From: Isurus oxyrinchus
Lineage: Eukaryota
Direction: 5' to 3'
NCBI GenBank assembly: GCA_026770705.1
Contig: JANJGN010000006.1
Location: 3,348,001-3,412,000, forward strand
Length of the DNA: 64,000 nt
In this document: positions 40,701 to 52,581 of the stretch, piece by piece
How the letters are laid out: the number at the start of each line of letters is the position of its first letter
Position numbering within the stretch: the stretch's first letter is position 1
The notes under the pieces: generated by a model
Databases searched by the model: none
What the model saw: only the letters and a program-made list of their open reading frames with translations
Told to the model about the DNA's origin: nothing
Translations under genes and position numbers: made by a program

Positions 40701-40789
40701 TCAGGGAAAGATTTGTGCACTACATATTGACACATTCAAAAGCAGGTAGTTGTGGCTAATTAAAAGAAAGGAAGGAAAGGCTCACTTAC

Positions 40790-41193
40790 TGCTCTATCAA
40801 TCACTTCTTTATCTTGAAATTTGAGATCTTCATAAAATTTCTCCAGTTCTTGCTCACTTTTCAGTTGCATGGTCTCACGAAAAGCTAACATATCAGCCTG
40901 TAACTGAGCTTCTGCCTCACTGAGTTCAGTCATGTGTTTCTGGTACTTCCAAAGTTTCACATCTATACCATCCTTCAGAGGTGGTACTTCTTCGGGTATA
41001 TGGACCTCAAGGTGATATATGGTTTGTTCAATCTCTCTGGGTTCACACAGTACAAATTGGTAGAGACGATAATGTTTAAAGAAAGTTCCAAGTAAATGGT
41101 TGACTAAACGTTCAAGGAAATTAGGATTTAGTTTATGTTGGTACTGTTTACATTTATCTCTCAACTTTTGAAGAGCCTCTTGCTTGGTTTTCC
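40790..41193 (-). CDS. C8orf74: C8orf74 homolog, internal coding exon (404 nt; exon 3 by human numbering)
   Basis: TTTTCAG|GG acceptor and GCA|GTAAGT donor; phases 1 and 0 fit the neighbouring exons; TFFKHYRLYQFVL..HLEV..LSEAEAQLQADML resembles human TFIRHYKLYQYVL..HLEV..LTEAEAQKRADVL. Confidence 0.9.
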
Positions 41194-41516
41194 CTGAAAA
41201 TGAAAACAAAATGAAATAATTTGTTATTTGTTTTCTCAATTTACTTACCAACTTAATGGTAATTTTGGTCATGGATAACAGTTTTAGAAGGAATAGAAAT
41301 AAAGAATGGCAAAGCGGGTACAGGATGGAAACTGAAGTCAGCAGAGTGGGAAAGCAGCTAAGTAAGTTTCTGAGCCCACGGAGTTCAATTAACACAGTAG
41401 ACCAACTGTGTTGTGCAGAACCTGAATGATGTGTAATTTTTTTGGAAACCATGGCTTTCTAAAACAAACGGGGTAAGAAGTGTCTTCAAGTAGACTTGAA
41501 TGTGCTCAAAGATATG

Positions 41517-42212
41517 GACCAGAATTTTACGCTGGCTGTGTGGGCGCACGCCTGACCCAACAGCACGTGACATTGCGCGATAAGACATTGGGTACGTGCC
41601 CTGACATTATTGCACTCGCACAGTATTTCACTCGGCAGGCATAGTCGGCAATCGGAAGCGTGCCCAACGACAATTGAGCAGACAATTAAACCCATTAAGG
41701 AAGCAATTGAAATTGATTTTATGCGGCCCATCCACTTCCATGGTTGGTGGACATGCCAATTGGCCAGGGTACCTTTACATTTTCACTGAAACCTTGATCC
41801 AGGGCAGGATGAAATGTCCGGGGTGAAATATAATAAAAAAAGATCCCTGGGAACTGATGTTTTTCGAGTTCTGCTGTCAGGTGCTTGAATGTGTTGCATA
41901 GGTACAGTTTGGTGCATTTTTTTCTTGCCATTTAATCTGGTCAGGTCTGCAGCTCCACAGCAGGTATCTGCCTTCAGGGAGCTCACTAGAAATGCCCACC
42001 AGCACCCTCACTTATGTCAATGCCCGCCCTCTTACCCCCCACCCCTCCCCAGCAGCGCTGAGGCTTTCTCAGTACACATTTCATGCTGACTGGCCGTTAG
42101 TTGGCCAGCCAGCGTGAAATTGTGTTCAGGGGCCAATCGCGGGCGGAAGCGCAGTTCACATCCACTTCTGGCCTGCCGATTGCTGGTGCCCGACAAATGT
42201 AAGATTCAGGCC
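41517..42212. mobile_element. Harbinger-type MITE
   Basis: ATG|GACCAGAATTTT ... AAGATTCAGGCC|ATG; related to 32429-32981. Confidence 0.9.
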
Positions 42213-42477
42213 ATGGAGTTTGAGAAACAGTTGAAAAATATCCATGTAACTCAGAATGATTAAGGGTTCCTTAAGCCCATGTTGCAGAAGCTGCTCACTC
42301 CACATTTTATGAGAAACAATGAGCTTGAGAAAAGTAGGTGGGTGAACAATTGTGATGGAAGGAGGACTTATTTCAAAATAGTGTGCAAATTAGCCTAATC
42401 CTAATACATTCACTTTACTTCCCCCAGAAGACATCCTCAGGGAAAGAGAGAGAGCGAAAAAAAAAGTGAGATGTTTA

Positions 42478-43285
42478 GAGAGCCTATAAAGCAACAAGAG
42501 TTCAAAGAGAGAGCCCATAGAGCAGCGAGAGTTCAGAGAGAGAGCCCATAAAGCAGCAGGAGTTCAGATAGAGAGCCCATAGAGCAGAGGGAGTTGAGAG
42601 AGAGAGAGCCCATAAAGCAGCGGGAGTTCAGATAGAGAGCCCATAGAGCAGAGGGAGTTGAGAGAGAGAGAGCCCATAAAGCAGCGGGAGTTCAGGGAGA
42701 AAGCCCATAAAGCGGTGGGAGCTCGGAGAGAGATAGATAGTCAGAAGATTTTTCCCAGGGTGGAAGAATCAATTACTAGGGGACATAGATTTAAGGTGAA
42801 AGGAGAAAACTATAGAGGAGATGTGCAGGGAAAGATTTTTTACGCAGAGGGTAGTGCGTGTCTGGAATTTGCTGCCAGAGGAGGTGGTGGAAGCAGGTAT
42901 GATAGTGGTGTTTAAGAGGCAACTCAACAAATATATGAATAGGATGGGAATAGAGGGATACAGACCCTGGAAGTGCAAAATGTTTTAGTTGATGGGCAAT
43001 ATGATCAGCGCAGGCTTGGAGGGCCGAAGGGCCTGTTCCTGTGCTGTACTTTTCTTTGTTCTTTGCTCTTTTCTTTATTCCAAATCAATGGGAGTTCAGG
43101 GAAAGAGCCCATAAGGCAGCAGAAGTTCAGAGAGAGAGAGAGAGAGAGAGCCCATAAAGCAGTGGGAGCTGAAAGAGCCCATAAAGCAGCAGGAGTTCAG
43201 GGTTCCAAGAGAGAACCTATAAAGCAATAGGAGTAAAGCAAATTAAGTTCAGAGAGAGCACATAAAGCAGTGGGAGCTCAGAAAG
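42478..43285 (+). repeat. Roughly 30-bp tandem repeat (AGAGAGCCCATAAAGCAGCGGGAGTTC) at the CR1 5' end, interrupted by a separate CR1 3' fragment at about 42735-43065
   Basis: Many imperfect units are visible on both sides of the inserted fragment. Confidence 0.85.
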
Positions 43286-44911
43286 ATCCAAGGCAACTGC
43301 ATCTGTAGTAGGTTTCTGCAGTTCAAGGAGCTTCTGCTCAGAGTCAGTGAGCTGGAGACTGAGCAACAGACACTGCACTACATTAGGCAGGGGGAAGATT
43401 ACCTGGACAATTTGTTTCAGAAGGTGATCACCCCTTAAGTTAAGGTTGTCTGCTTTGGTCAGTGGTCACGGACAGGAGAGTGTGACAGCAAGTGAGGCAG
43501 GTATGGGGTTCAAGAAGGTAGGGGAGGAGGAGCCACAGCCCTTAGGGGAGGAGGAGCCACAGCCCTTGTAATTGTCCAACAGGTTTGATGTCCTTGCAGC
43601 TTATATGGATGAGAGCGGGGGCTGCAAGGTGAATGAGTGAACTGACCATTCAAGTGAGGGGAGTAAATAGGAACGTTGTGGTACTATGGGATTGTATAGT
43701 CAAAGGGATAGACAATGTTCTCTGCAGCTGACAGCGTGACTCCAGACAGTTGTGTTGTTTGCCCCATACCAGGATTTGGAATACCTGCTCTTGGCTGGAC
43801 AGGAACATGCATTTGGAGGGGGAGGATCTAATTGTCCTGGTCTACATGGGTACCAACGATGTAGATAGGTCTAAGGAGGTTCTACTTAGGGATTGTGAGC
43901 AGCTAGGCTTAAATTAAAAGGTAGAACCTCACAGTTGGATTATTACCTGAGCGGTGAGCAAATTGGCATAGGGCAAAAAAGATTAGAGAGATGAATGTGT
44001 GGCTCAGAGACACGTGTGGAAAAAAATGGGTTTTGATTCATGGGCACTGGCACCAGTACTGGGGAAAGTGGTTCACCTGAATCATGCTGGGACCAGTGTC
44101 CTGGCGGGTTGTATAACTAGGATGCTACAGAGGGCTTTAAGCTAAATAGTGGGAGATGGGATCATGTGAGAGGAGGTGTGGTAAATCAAAGGGAAACAAC
44201 AAGGTAATACAGCAGGGTAACAATTTGGGTAAGGATAACCAGAATGTGGCAGGGTACAAACCTAAGAGCGCAATTAAGGCCAGAGATCTCAGGGATGGTA
44301 AAAAGACAGAGTTAAAGGCTCTATATCTGAATGCATGCAGCATTCATAACAAAATGGATGAATTGTAGGCACAGATAGAAATAAATATGTAAGACCTAAC
44401 AGCCTAACAGCCATCACAGAGACATGGGCCAGAGTTTTGAAGTCAGCATGTGGGGACAGGCCCGACGTGTAAAATGACGCGTGGGGATGTCGGGCGTGAG
44501 TCCCAATGTCACCGTGCACCATCGCAATATTTCAGTGGGTGGGCGTGCTAGGAGCTCCAATGCACGCCCGCCATTAATTAACGGGCCACTTAAGGCCCTT
44601 GAGCCATTAATAGACAGCGATTTTTCGGAACCCATGTGATCTTCAGAGCATCGCACGGGGGCAACAGGCAGGTAGGTGGGCCACATTTTTAAAAAGCTTA
44701 TCCAGGGCAGGACAAGCGGGGTGAGTGGACTCGCGAGTGGGGTGTTCGTTAGGCATTTAATTTTTAAATTTACACCTACTTGCTTGTGTGAACAGCAGAG
44801 CTTCAAATCTCTTCACAGCTGCTTGTACAGAAATAACAGGCTCAGGTCAGGACTCTAGAGTAAACGTCATTCTGGGGGCCTTGTTTCAGGAAGCCTTCCC
44901 GTACCCTGGGA

Positions 44912-46095
44912 ATGGGAGTTGTTCTCTCCACTGGAGGCACCTCTTCTGAGGAGGAAGGGAGGGCCAGAAGGGGGCAGAGGCCAGGAGTCCATATTCAGCC
45001 TCCAGGGGAGCCACCTTTGGGAGGACAGGCACAGGCACAAGGGGCGCAGGGCCAACAGGAAGGGGCTGCAGAAGACGCCACGATCCTGCTGCCAGGGTTT
45101 ACAGGCGGTGAAGCAGCTACCTCGATATCTCTGAAGTGCAGTGCTGAAGGAGACTTCATCTCTCCAGGGAGACAATGACCTCCATTTGTCAGAAGATAGG
45201 CCCTGAGATCAGCGCCAACTGTGTGGGTGGGCACCCCTAGACAGTGGCGTTCAAGGTCACGGCTGCCCTCAACTTCTATGCCTCCGGCTCTTTCCAGGGC
45301 TCAGTGGGTGGTCTTTGCAGAGTCTCTCAATCAGCTGTCCATACTTGTGTCAAGCAGATTACAGACACTCTGTTCAGGCATGCATTGACATTCATCCACT
45401 ACCACTGGGACAAGGCCAGCTAAACTGAGCCAGCCAAAGGCTTTGCAGAGATTGCTGGCTTCCCCTGCATCCAGGGCGCAATCGACTGCACACATGTGGC
45501 CATCAAGGCGCCAGCGGGTGAGCCCGGTGCCTTCGTCAACAGGAAGGGCTTCCACTCCATGAACGTGCAGATAGTGTGTGACCACAGGATGCTGATTCTA
45601 CAAGTCTGTGCAAGGTACCCAGGCAGCTCCCACGACACCTACATCCTCAGACACTCCCAGGTGCCGGGGCTCTTCAGTGCTCCAGCCCGGCTGGATGGAT
45701 GGCTGCTGGGTGACAAGGGCTATCCCCTCAGAAGGTGGCTCATGACACCTCTCCGCCATCCAAGAACAGAATCTGAGCAGCGGTACAATAGGAGCCGCGG
45801 CTCCACAAGGGCTGTGGTGGAGAGAACCATCGGTCTTCTCAAGATGCGCTTCCGATGCCTGGACCGTTCAGGAGGCGCACTCCAGTACCCCTCAGATCAT
45901 GTGTCGCTGATAGTGGTTGCATGCTGCGCTCTCCACAATCTGGTGCTGGAAAGGGGGGTTGCAGAGGAGGAAGAAGGTGTAGACACAGATGCTCTGGCTG
46001 CACATGATGAGCACGCTCAGGAGAACACTGAGGGGATAGATGCTGACCCAGGCAACCTCCAGGGAGACAGGGACACCCAGGAGGCTTTAATCTAA
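44912..46095 (+). pseudogene. Harbinger DDE transposase (HARBI1-like), disrupted
   Basis: GAIDCTHV, NRKGFHSMNVQIVCD, YPGSSHD, LLGDKGY, VERTIGLLKMRF and CCALHN; frameshifts in the 5' part and an in-frame TAA at 45421. Confidence 0.92.
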
Positions 46096-46439
46096 TAAAC
46101 CTTCAGCTAGCCCACCACAGATGGACCTTCAACACATACATAGGGCTGCAGGTTCCATACTCAATACCTGAGAACAACATCTGCCTGGAAAGTAACATTA
46201 ACTATGTGCCTTGTCAATAAAGCTCAATGACAGACAAGTCACTCATAACATCATGGGTTCCTGTACACCTGCAGAAGGAAACACCCTGAGCCTTGTTCAC
46301 AACTAAAGCATTTAATGATTTTACAAAACAAAACAGAGAAGAAAGTTCATTCACAGGTGTTGAGCTGCACACCAAATAATAATCAACTAATACGGGGGCA
46401 ACAGAAAACCACCAGAGATAAGCCCGTGGTGTGCCTAAG

Positions 46440-48336
46440 GTGCCTTATGCTTACGTTTTCGGGTGCTACATCGAGGTGCTCCCCCTAGCTGGGAGTGGCA
46501 TTGGACACAGCCTGCTCGCTGTGCTGTCCTGTTGGCCTTGATGACCTTGGCGGGTGTCCTCTGGCTTGTGGAGCCTGTGATGGCGCTGCCTGGGAGGGAG
46601 CGGCCAGTGGCATGGCTGGCACCTCCCCAGTCGCCGCAGCCTCATTGGATCCCACGGTCACTGGCAGGGGGGCAGAGGAGCTGCAGCCCGCATCCAGAGC
46701 ACCCTGAGAGGGGCCCGCAGAGATGACAAGCAGCTCGTGCACCAACGTGAGGTCACTTCAGACCTCCCAGCTCACCACTGATGGATGGGCACCTACCTGG
46801 ATTTACTGGGTGCCCAATCCATCTTCCATACTGACACTGACCAGCTGAGGTCAATGCCGCTGTGAGGGTTTTCAGGTCCGAGCACATCCCCAGGAAGCCC
46901 TGATTGTTCTCCTGGAGGAGCCTCTCCATGAGAGTCACCACTCTCTCCATGGAGGAAGCATTACGCTCGGCCATGAGGGTCAATGCATTGCTGATCCTCC
47001 TCATGGACTCCTCCATCACAGAGACCATGCAACGCATTGCCTCATGTATCTCCACCAGATCCTCCCGCAGATCCTGCTGGACTTCCAGCATCTGCTGCCT
47101 CACGGAAAATTCCAGAGGCCCATCATCAGCCACTGACTGCGCATGTTCCTGGGCTCCTGCAGTTCCCTGACTGTCAGTGCCATAGGCACGCTCTGTCTCC
47201 GCCTGCACCTCAAACGAGTGTGAAGTGCCCTCACCGCTGTGCCCCGGGACACTAGCCACTAGCCGTCGATCTCATCCACCGAGGTGCTAGTAACTGCGCT
47301 GGTGCCTGCCTGGCTGAGTTGGTGTGACGCTGGTGCTTGTAAGTCATCTGGGCCTCAGGTGTTAGCAGCGGGCCCTCTGCCTCCTCAGTCCGGGCGTGCT
47401 CTGGTGAGGGTGAAAGGAAGAACAAGGACATTTGATTAGTCGAAGTCGAGATACTGTTAATGTGCATGCCTAGCCCCCGGATCAGGATGCACTCCTCCTT
47501 CAATAACCAATGGGAAACCCATGTTGGAGGCTGAATTCACTAAACAGTTCACTTTAGCTAGCTCTGCCTTCATACCCTTATAACTAGCTTTAGGAATGTT
47601 TGCACTGACAGACATTGTGACCTCAAAGCACAACATTCTGACCTCCCCCTGGCACCCTAACCTCACCGTGGCCATTTGACCTGGGCACATGGCGCCTCTT
47701 CAGCTCCAGTGTCTCCAGCTCGTATCTGGTGAGAATCAGCAACTATGTCTGCCCTCTGCCAGTCCGCAGTGGCTCTGCGTTATTGTGGGCTGTCTTCTCC
47801 TGAAAAGGAGAGAGGAGCGTTGAATAGTCCACCCTGTACCTGGATTGCCATTGCAGCCCTGCCACCCCCACCTGAGTGAAACATTGCAGGGCTCCAGTGA
47901 ATGGTGACCCTGGAGCAGTCGCACACTCACACTAAGCAACCAGGCCTGACCCCCCTTGCCCAGATGCTGCCTCCATCACATTTGCCACCCACACTGTATG
48001 ACCTTCCAAAGCAACGAAAACCTACCACCTAGAAGGGCAAGGGCAGCAGATGGATGGCTGCCTTGACACCTGGAAGTTCCCCTCCCAGTTACTCAGCAAC
48101 CTGACTTTGAAATGTTTCGGAGTTCCAGCACTGTGACTGGGGACAGATCCTGGAGGTCACCCCCCCAAAACAGTACTGCGGGTGTAAGTGCACCACATGC
48201 AGCGGATACAGAAGCCACCCTCTCAGGGTGAACTAGGCATGGGCAATAAATGCTGGCCCAGCCAGTGAAGGCCACATATTGTAAATGATTCAATGCAGTA
48301 ACTACATTCAGGGTGGGGGGGCTGGTGGCCTGGTGT

Positions 48337-48389
<53 letters not shown>

Positions 48390-48640
48390 ACACAACCTAA
48401 CTGCTGTGCTAAATGACCAATGCCAACACGGTGCTCACCCTTCCTGATTGCAACAAGTCATTGAAGCACTTGCGGCACTGTACCCAGGTGCACCCTTTCT
48501 GCCACCTCCTCCCAGGCCTGTTTCATCATGTGGGAGGGGCCTCCTCCTCCCAGTCCCTCAGCACGAGGATTTCACGCTGTGCCCTCCTGCCTGGCCTGCT
48601 CTCCAACAGCGCTCTCGGGAGCCCTTCTGCTGGCCATCTT
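46440..48640 (-). pseudogene. Harbinger Myb/SANT-like DNA-binding partner gene, spliced and disrupted
   Basis: KQAWEEVAERV..TWVQCRKCFNDLLQSGR|GTGAG (donor after 48439); TTTTCAG|EKTAHNNAEPLRTGRG (exon starts at 47799); third acceptor at 47400 leads into the coiled-coil-like ORF 46753-47259. Ends are approximate. Confidence 0.75.
48337..48387 (+). repeat. G51 homopolymer
   Basis: Uninterrupted G run. Confidence 0.9.
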
Positions 48641-51600
48641 TGCCAGCCTTTGGAAGGCTGCCTGTGCGCTCTTTAAACAGGCCGCCCGGTCACCATTGGA
48701 CCCGGCAGTCATTGTAGTCCCGTCGCCACCCGCCCCCTCCCGCTGTCCCCGGAGGCCTTCATTGGCCTGCCCGTGTAAAATGGTGGCACGGAGCTGATCA
48801 CGGGCAGCGAACGGCTCTGTGCCCGCCCGCTTGCTCCCGCTCCCACTCCCGACACACAGAAAATTCTCCCCATGGTTACAGGGTGACCAAGGCTAGGACC
48901 TGAATATTGAATAGTGTTTGATATTTCAAAAAGACAGGAAGCTAGGAAAAGGTGATGGAAGTGGTTCTGTTAATTAAGGATGTCATTAGTACAGTGGTGA
49001 GAGATTACCTTAGCTCATAAGAATAAGATGTAGAATCAGTTTGGGTAGAGATAATAGGAAAGGGAAGTGGTTACTTGTGGGAGTAGGTTATAGGGCCCTT
49101 AAAAATAGTTACAGGGTAGGACCAGCTGTACAAGAAAAAATAAATGGGGCCTCTAAGAAAGGTAACAAAATAATCATGGGTGACTTTAATCCACATATAG
49201 ATTGTGCGAGTCAGATTGACAAAGGTAGCCTTGAAAATTAGTTCATAGAATGTATTCAAGACAATTTTTTAAGAACAGTACATTCTAAAGCTAACCAGGG
49301 AGCAGGCTATTCTAGGCCTGATAATGAGCAATGAGACAGGATTAATCAATAACCTCACGGTAAATAACCTCTAGGTGACAGCAATCATAACATGATAGAA
49401 TTTCTCATTCGGTTTGAAGGGGAGAAGGGTGCATCTAAAATTAGTGATTTAAACCAGAATAAAGCTAATTATAAGGGTATGAAGGCAGAGCTAGCTAAAG
49501 TGAACTGGGAAACTAGGTTAAAAGGTAAGACAGTGGAGATGCAGTGGCAGAAATTGTGGATATATATAACTCTCAGCAAAGATTTATTCCAGTGAAAAAG
49601 AAAGACTCTTTGAGAAGGATGCTTCTTCCGTGGCTAAATAAGGAAGTTAAGGACAGTATCAAATTGAAAGAAATAAATTTGAAAATTAGTGGTAGGTCAG
49701 AAGGTTGGTCGGATTTTGAGAACCAGCAAAGAACGACTACAAAAAGAATGAAGAGGGAGAAAGTTGAGTATGAAGGAAAGCTAGCTAATAATATCAAGAC
49801 TGATAGATCAGTTTCTACAAGTATTTAAATAGGAAAAGAGTAACTAAAGCTCTAGAGAGTGAGTCTGGGGAATTGATAATGGAAAACAAAGAAATGGCGG
49901 AAGCATTGAACGGGTATTTTGTGTCTGTCTTCACTGTAGAAGAACTAGAAAACTTCCCAAAGATACTTGAAAGTCAAGGGGTGAAGGGGAGGGAGGAACT
50001 TAAAACAATCAGCATCACCTGGGAAAAGCTGATGGGAAAACTATTAGACCTAAAGGCTGTCAAGTCCCCAGGACCAGATGGCCTGCATCCTAGGGTCTTA
50101 AAAGAAATGGCTGCAGAGATAGTAGATGAATTAATCATAACCTTCCAAAATCCCTTAGATTCTGGAAGGGTCCCAGCAGATTGGAAAATAGCTAATGTAA
50201 CACCTTTAGACAAAAAACAGGAAACCACAGGCCAGTTAGCCTAACATCCTTCATAAGGAAATTGTTAGAATCCATTATTAGGGAGGTTATAGCAGAATAC
50301 TTAGAAAATCATAATGTGATCAGGCAGAGTCAACATCGCTTTGTAAAAGGGAAATCGTGGTTAACTAACTTGTTAGAGTTTCTTGAGCAAGTAACAAATA
50401 ACGTGGTTCAAGAGGTATCTGTAGCTGTGATGTATTTGGGTTTCCAAAACACATTTGACAAGGTGCCACATAAAAGGTTACTACACAAGATAAGAGCACA
50501 TGGTGTATTAACATGGACAAAGGATCGGTTAGCTAACAGGTTGCAGAGAGTAGGGATTAAATGGGTCTTTTTCAGGTTGGCAAGCTGTAACTAGTGGATT
50601 GCCACAGGTATAAGTAGTTACAACCTATATCAATGACTTGGCTGAAGGGACTGAATAGAAGCTAAATTTTCTGATGACACCAAGATAGGTAGGAGAGTAC
50701 GTTGTCAAAAGGAGGTAGAGAGACATAGACAGGGTTAAGTGAGTGGGCAAAAAATTGGTAGATGGAGTATAATGTGGGAAAATGTGAACTTGTCCACTTT
50801 GGAGGAAGAATAGAAAAACAGTATACTATTTAAATGGAGAGAGATTGCAGAACTCGGTGGTACAGAGGGATCTGAGTGACCTGGTATATGAATCACAAAA
50901 AGTTAGTATGTAGGTACAAATGATTAGGAAGACAAATGGAAAGTGAGCATTTATTACAAGGGAAATGGAATATAAAAGTAGGGAAGCTTTGCTGCAGCTG
51001 TACAGAGCCTTGGTGAAATCACATCTGAGTACTATGTACATTTTGATCTCCTTCATTGAAAAAATATATAAATGTGTTAGAAACAATTCAGAGAAGGTTC
51101 ATTCGACTCATTCCTGGGAGGAAGGGCTTATCTTATGAAGAAAGGTTAAACAGGTTGGGCCTAAACCCACTGGAGTTTAGAAGAATGCGAGGTGATCTTA
51201 ATGAAATATATAATCTATGAGAGGACTTGATAGGGTGGATACCGAGACGATGTTTCCTCTTGAGGGGGAGACTAGAACTTGGGGGACACAGTTTAAAAAT
51301 AAGATGCCTCCCTTTTAAGATGGAGATGAAGAGAATTTTTTTTCAGAGGGTTATTAGTACATTGAATTCTGTTTCCCAGAATTTCTCAGGATGTAGAGGC
51401 TGGGATATTGAATATATTCAAGGCAGAGTTAAATAGATTTTTCATAGACAAGGTAGTCAAGAGTTATCGGGGGCAGACAGGAAGATGGAGTTGAGACCAC
51501 AACCAGTTCAGCGATGATCTTATTGAATGGCAGAGCAAGCTAGAAGGGTCGAATGGCCTCGTCCTGCTCCTAAATCTTGTTCTAATGAATTATCTGTGAC

Positions 51601-51816
51601 ACGACATATTGACACATTCAAAAGCAGGTAGTTGCGACAGGTTAAAAGAAAGACAGGGCTTACTTCCTACTCTTTCAATTTTTTTTAACTTAAAATGTGC
51701 GATCTTCAAAATTTCTCTAGTCCTTGTTCACTTTTCAGCTAGATGGTCCTCATGGAAAGCTGACATGCCGACCTCTAACTGAGCTTTAGCTTCACTGAGT
51801 TTAGTCACGTGTTGCT

Positions 51817-52581
51817 TTGTGTGACCTGTCTTGTTTTTTGTTTCAATGATGCACACAGGTTGTCGACATTGTAGCTGAACTAACTTTACTGATAACATAT
51901 TTTCCTAACATAGACACATATCTGCAGTAACTGAATTCTATCAAGAGAGGTTTCAACATGTGCTATCTGACCTTCAATCCCCATGTTAGGTGACCCCCTA
52001 TCTAGTACAGAGTACCATATAGTATCTAATACTGGAGTCCACTACCACAATCAACTATTATCATGACATGACCAGACATTCTGGTTTTGCTGGGACAGTC
52101 CCAGTTTATCATTAAACATCCCAATGACCCAACAATTTCCTCAAAATGGTTCAAATGTCCGGTTTTCAGCTTTTGCATTTGTTCCGCAAGATCAAAATGA
52201 GGGCAAATTGAATTTAGATTTGTGCATTTGTCCTAGGTCTGCCTCTTTGCCCCACAGTCAGTGCAATTTGTGTGCCTCTTTGCCTCACAGCACAGCATTA
52301 CATTTCCAGGTAACGCTTGGAAAGCACTTCCAAGTGAGACTGACAGAAAATGGGCAGCAGGAAGGTAGGAGATGCTTGTCTGAGTTGTTTACATCTGCCA
52401 AGTGTGGTTTCCTCAGGACTTGGCCGGGAATCATCTTTGAAAAGAAGAAATGGCACTGATTTATGACTATTCCTCTTGTTTCAGGAGAAGGTGAGGAGTT
52501 GCAAAAGGAAATCCTCGTGTTGTTGGGAGAGCATTGCTTCAGGGTGTCCCGGATTTCACTTTTGAAAATCTGGTCACCCTA
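51817..52581. mobile_element. hAT (Blackjack/MER81-like) non-autonomous element
   Basis: Right end CTGGTCACCCTA; left end TTGTGTGACC..AGACATTCTGGTTTTGCTGGGACAGTCCC; 8-bp TSD GTGTTGCT/GTTTTGCT. Confidence 0.75.
51827..52068. mobile_element. Short solo-LTR-like insertion (242 bp)
   Basis: TGACC|TGTCTTG ... CATGACA|TGACC: TG..CA ends and a 5-bp TSD. Confidence 0.75.

Larger units (their letters stand above)
44427..48871. mobile_element. Full-length PIF/Harbinger transposon (4445 bp) with two convergent genes
   Basis: ATG|GGCCAGAGTTTT ... AAAATTCTCCCC|ATG; removal restores CR1 GAGACATGGTTACAG (ETWLQ). Confidence 0.93.
42448..51591 (+). mobile_element. Full-length decayed CR1 LINE (tandem-repeat 5' region, esterase-type ORF1, EN+RT ORF2) with nested insertions
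   Basis: ORF1 remnants (..MGTNDV..) near 43850; LKALYLNACSIHNK, AITETW|LQGDQG, KSPGPDGLHPRVLKE and [10 protein letters not shown]; host flanks rejoin when it is removed. Confidence 0.9.

Noticed and set aside
40760-41452. 230-aa single-exon gene
   Set aside because: Only 40790-41193 is bounded by splice sites and homologous to C8orf74; the rest is intron.
45496-46095. Domesticated host HARBI1 gene
   Set aside because: It lies within TIRs and a TSD, is inserted in a LINE, and has a stop and frameshifts upstream.
48093-48395. Polyproline protein
   Set aside because: Translation of the G51 tract and a LINE tail.
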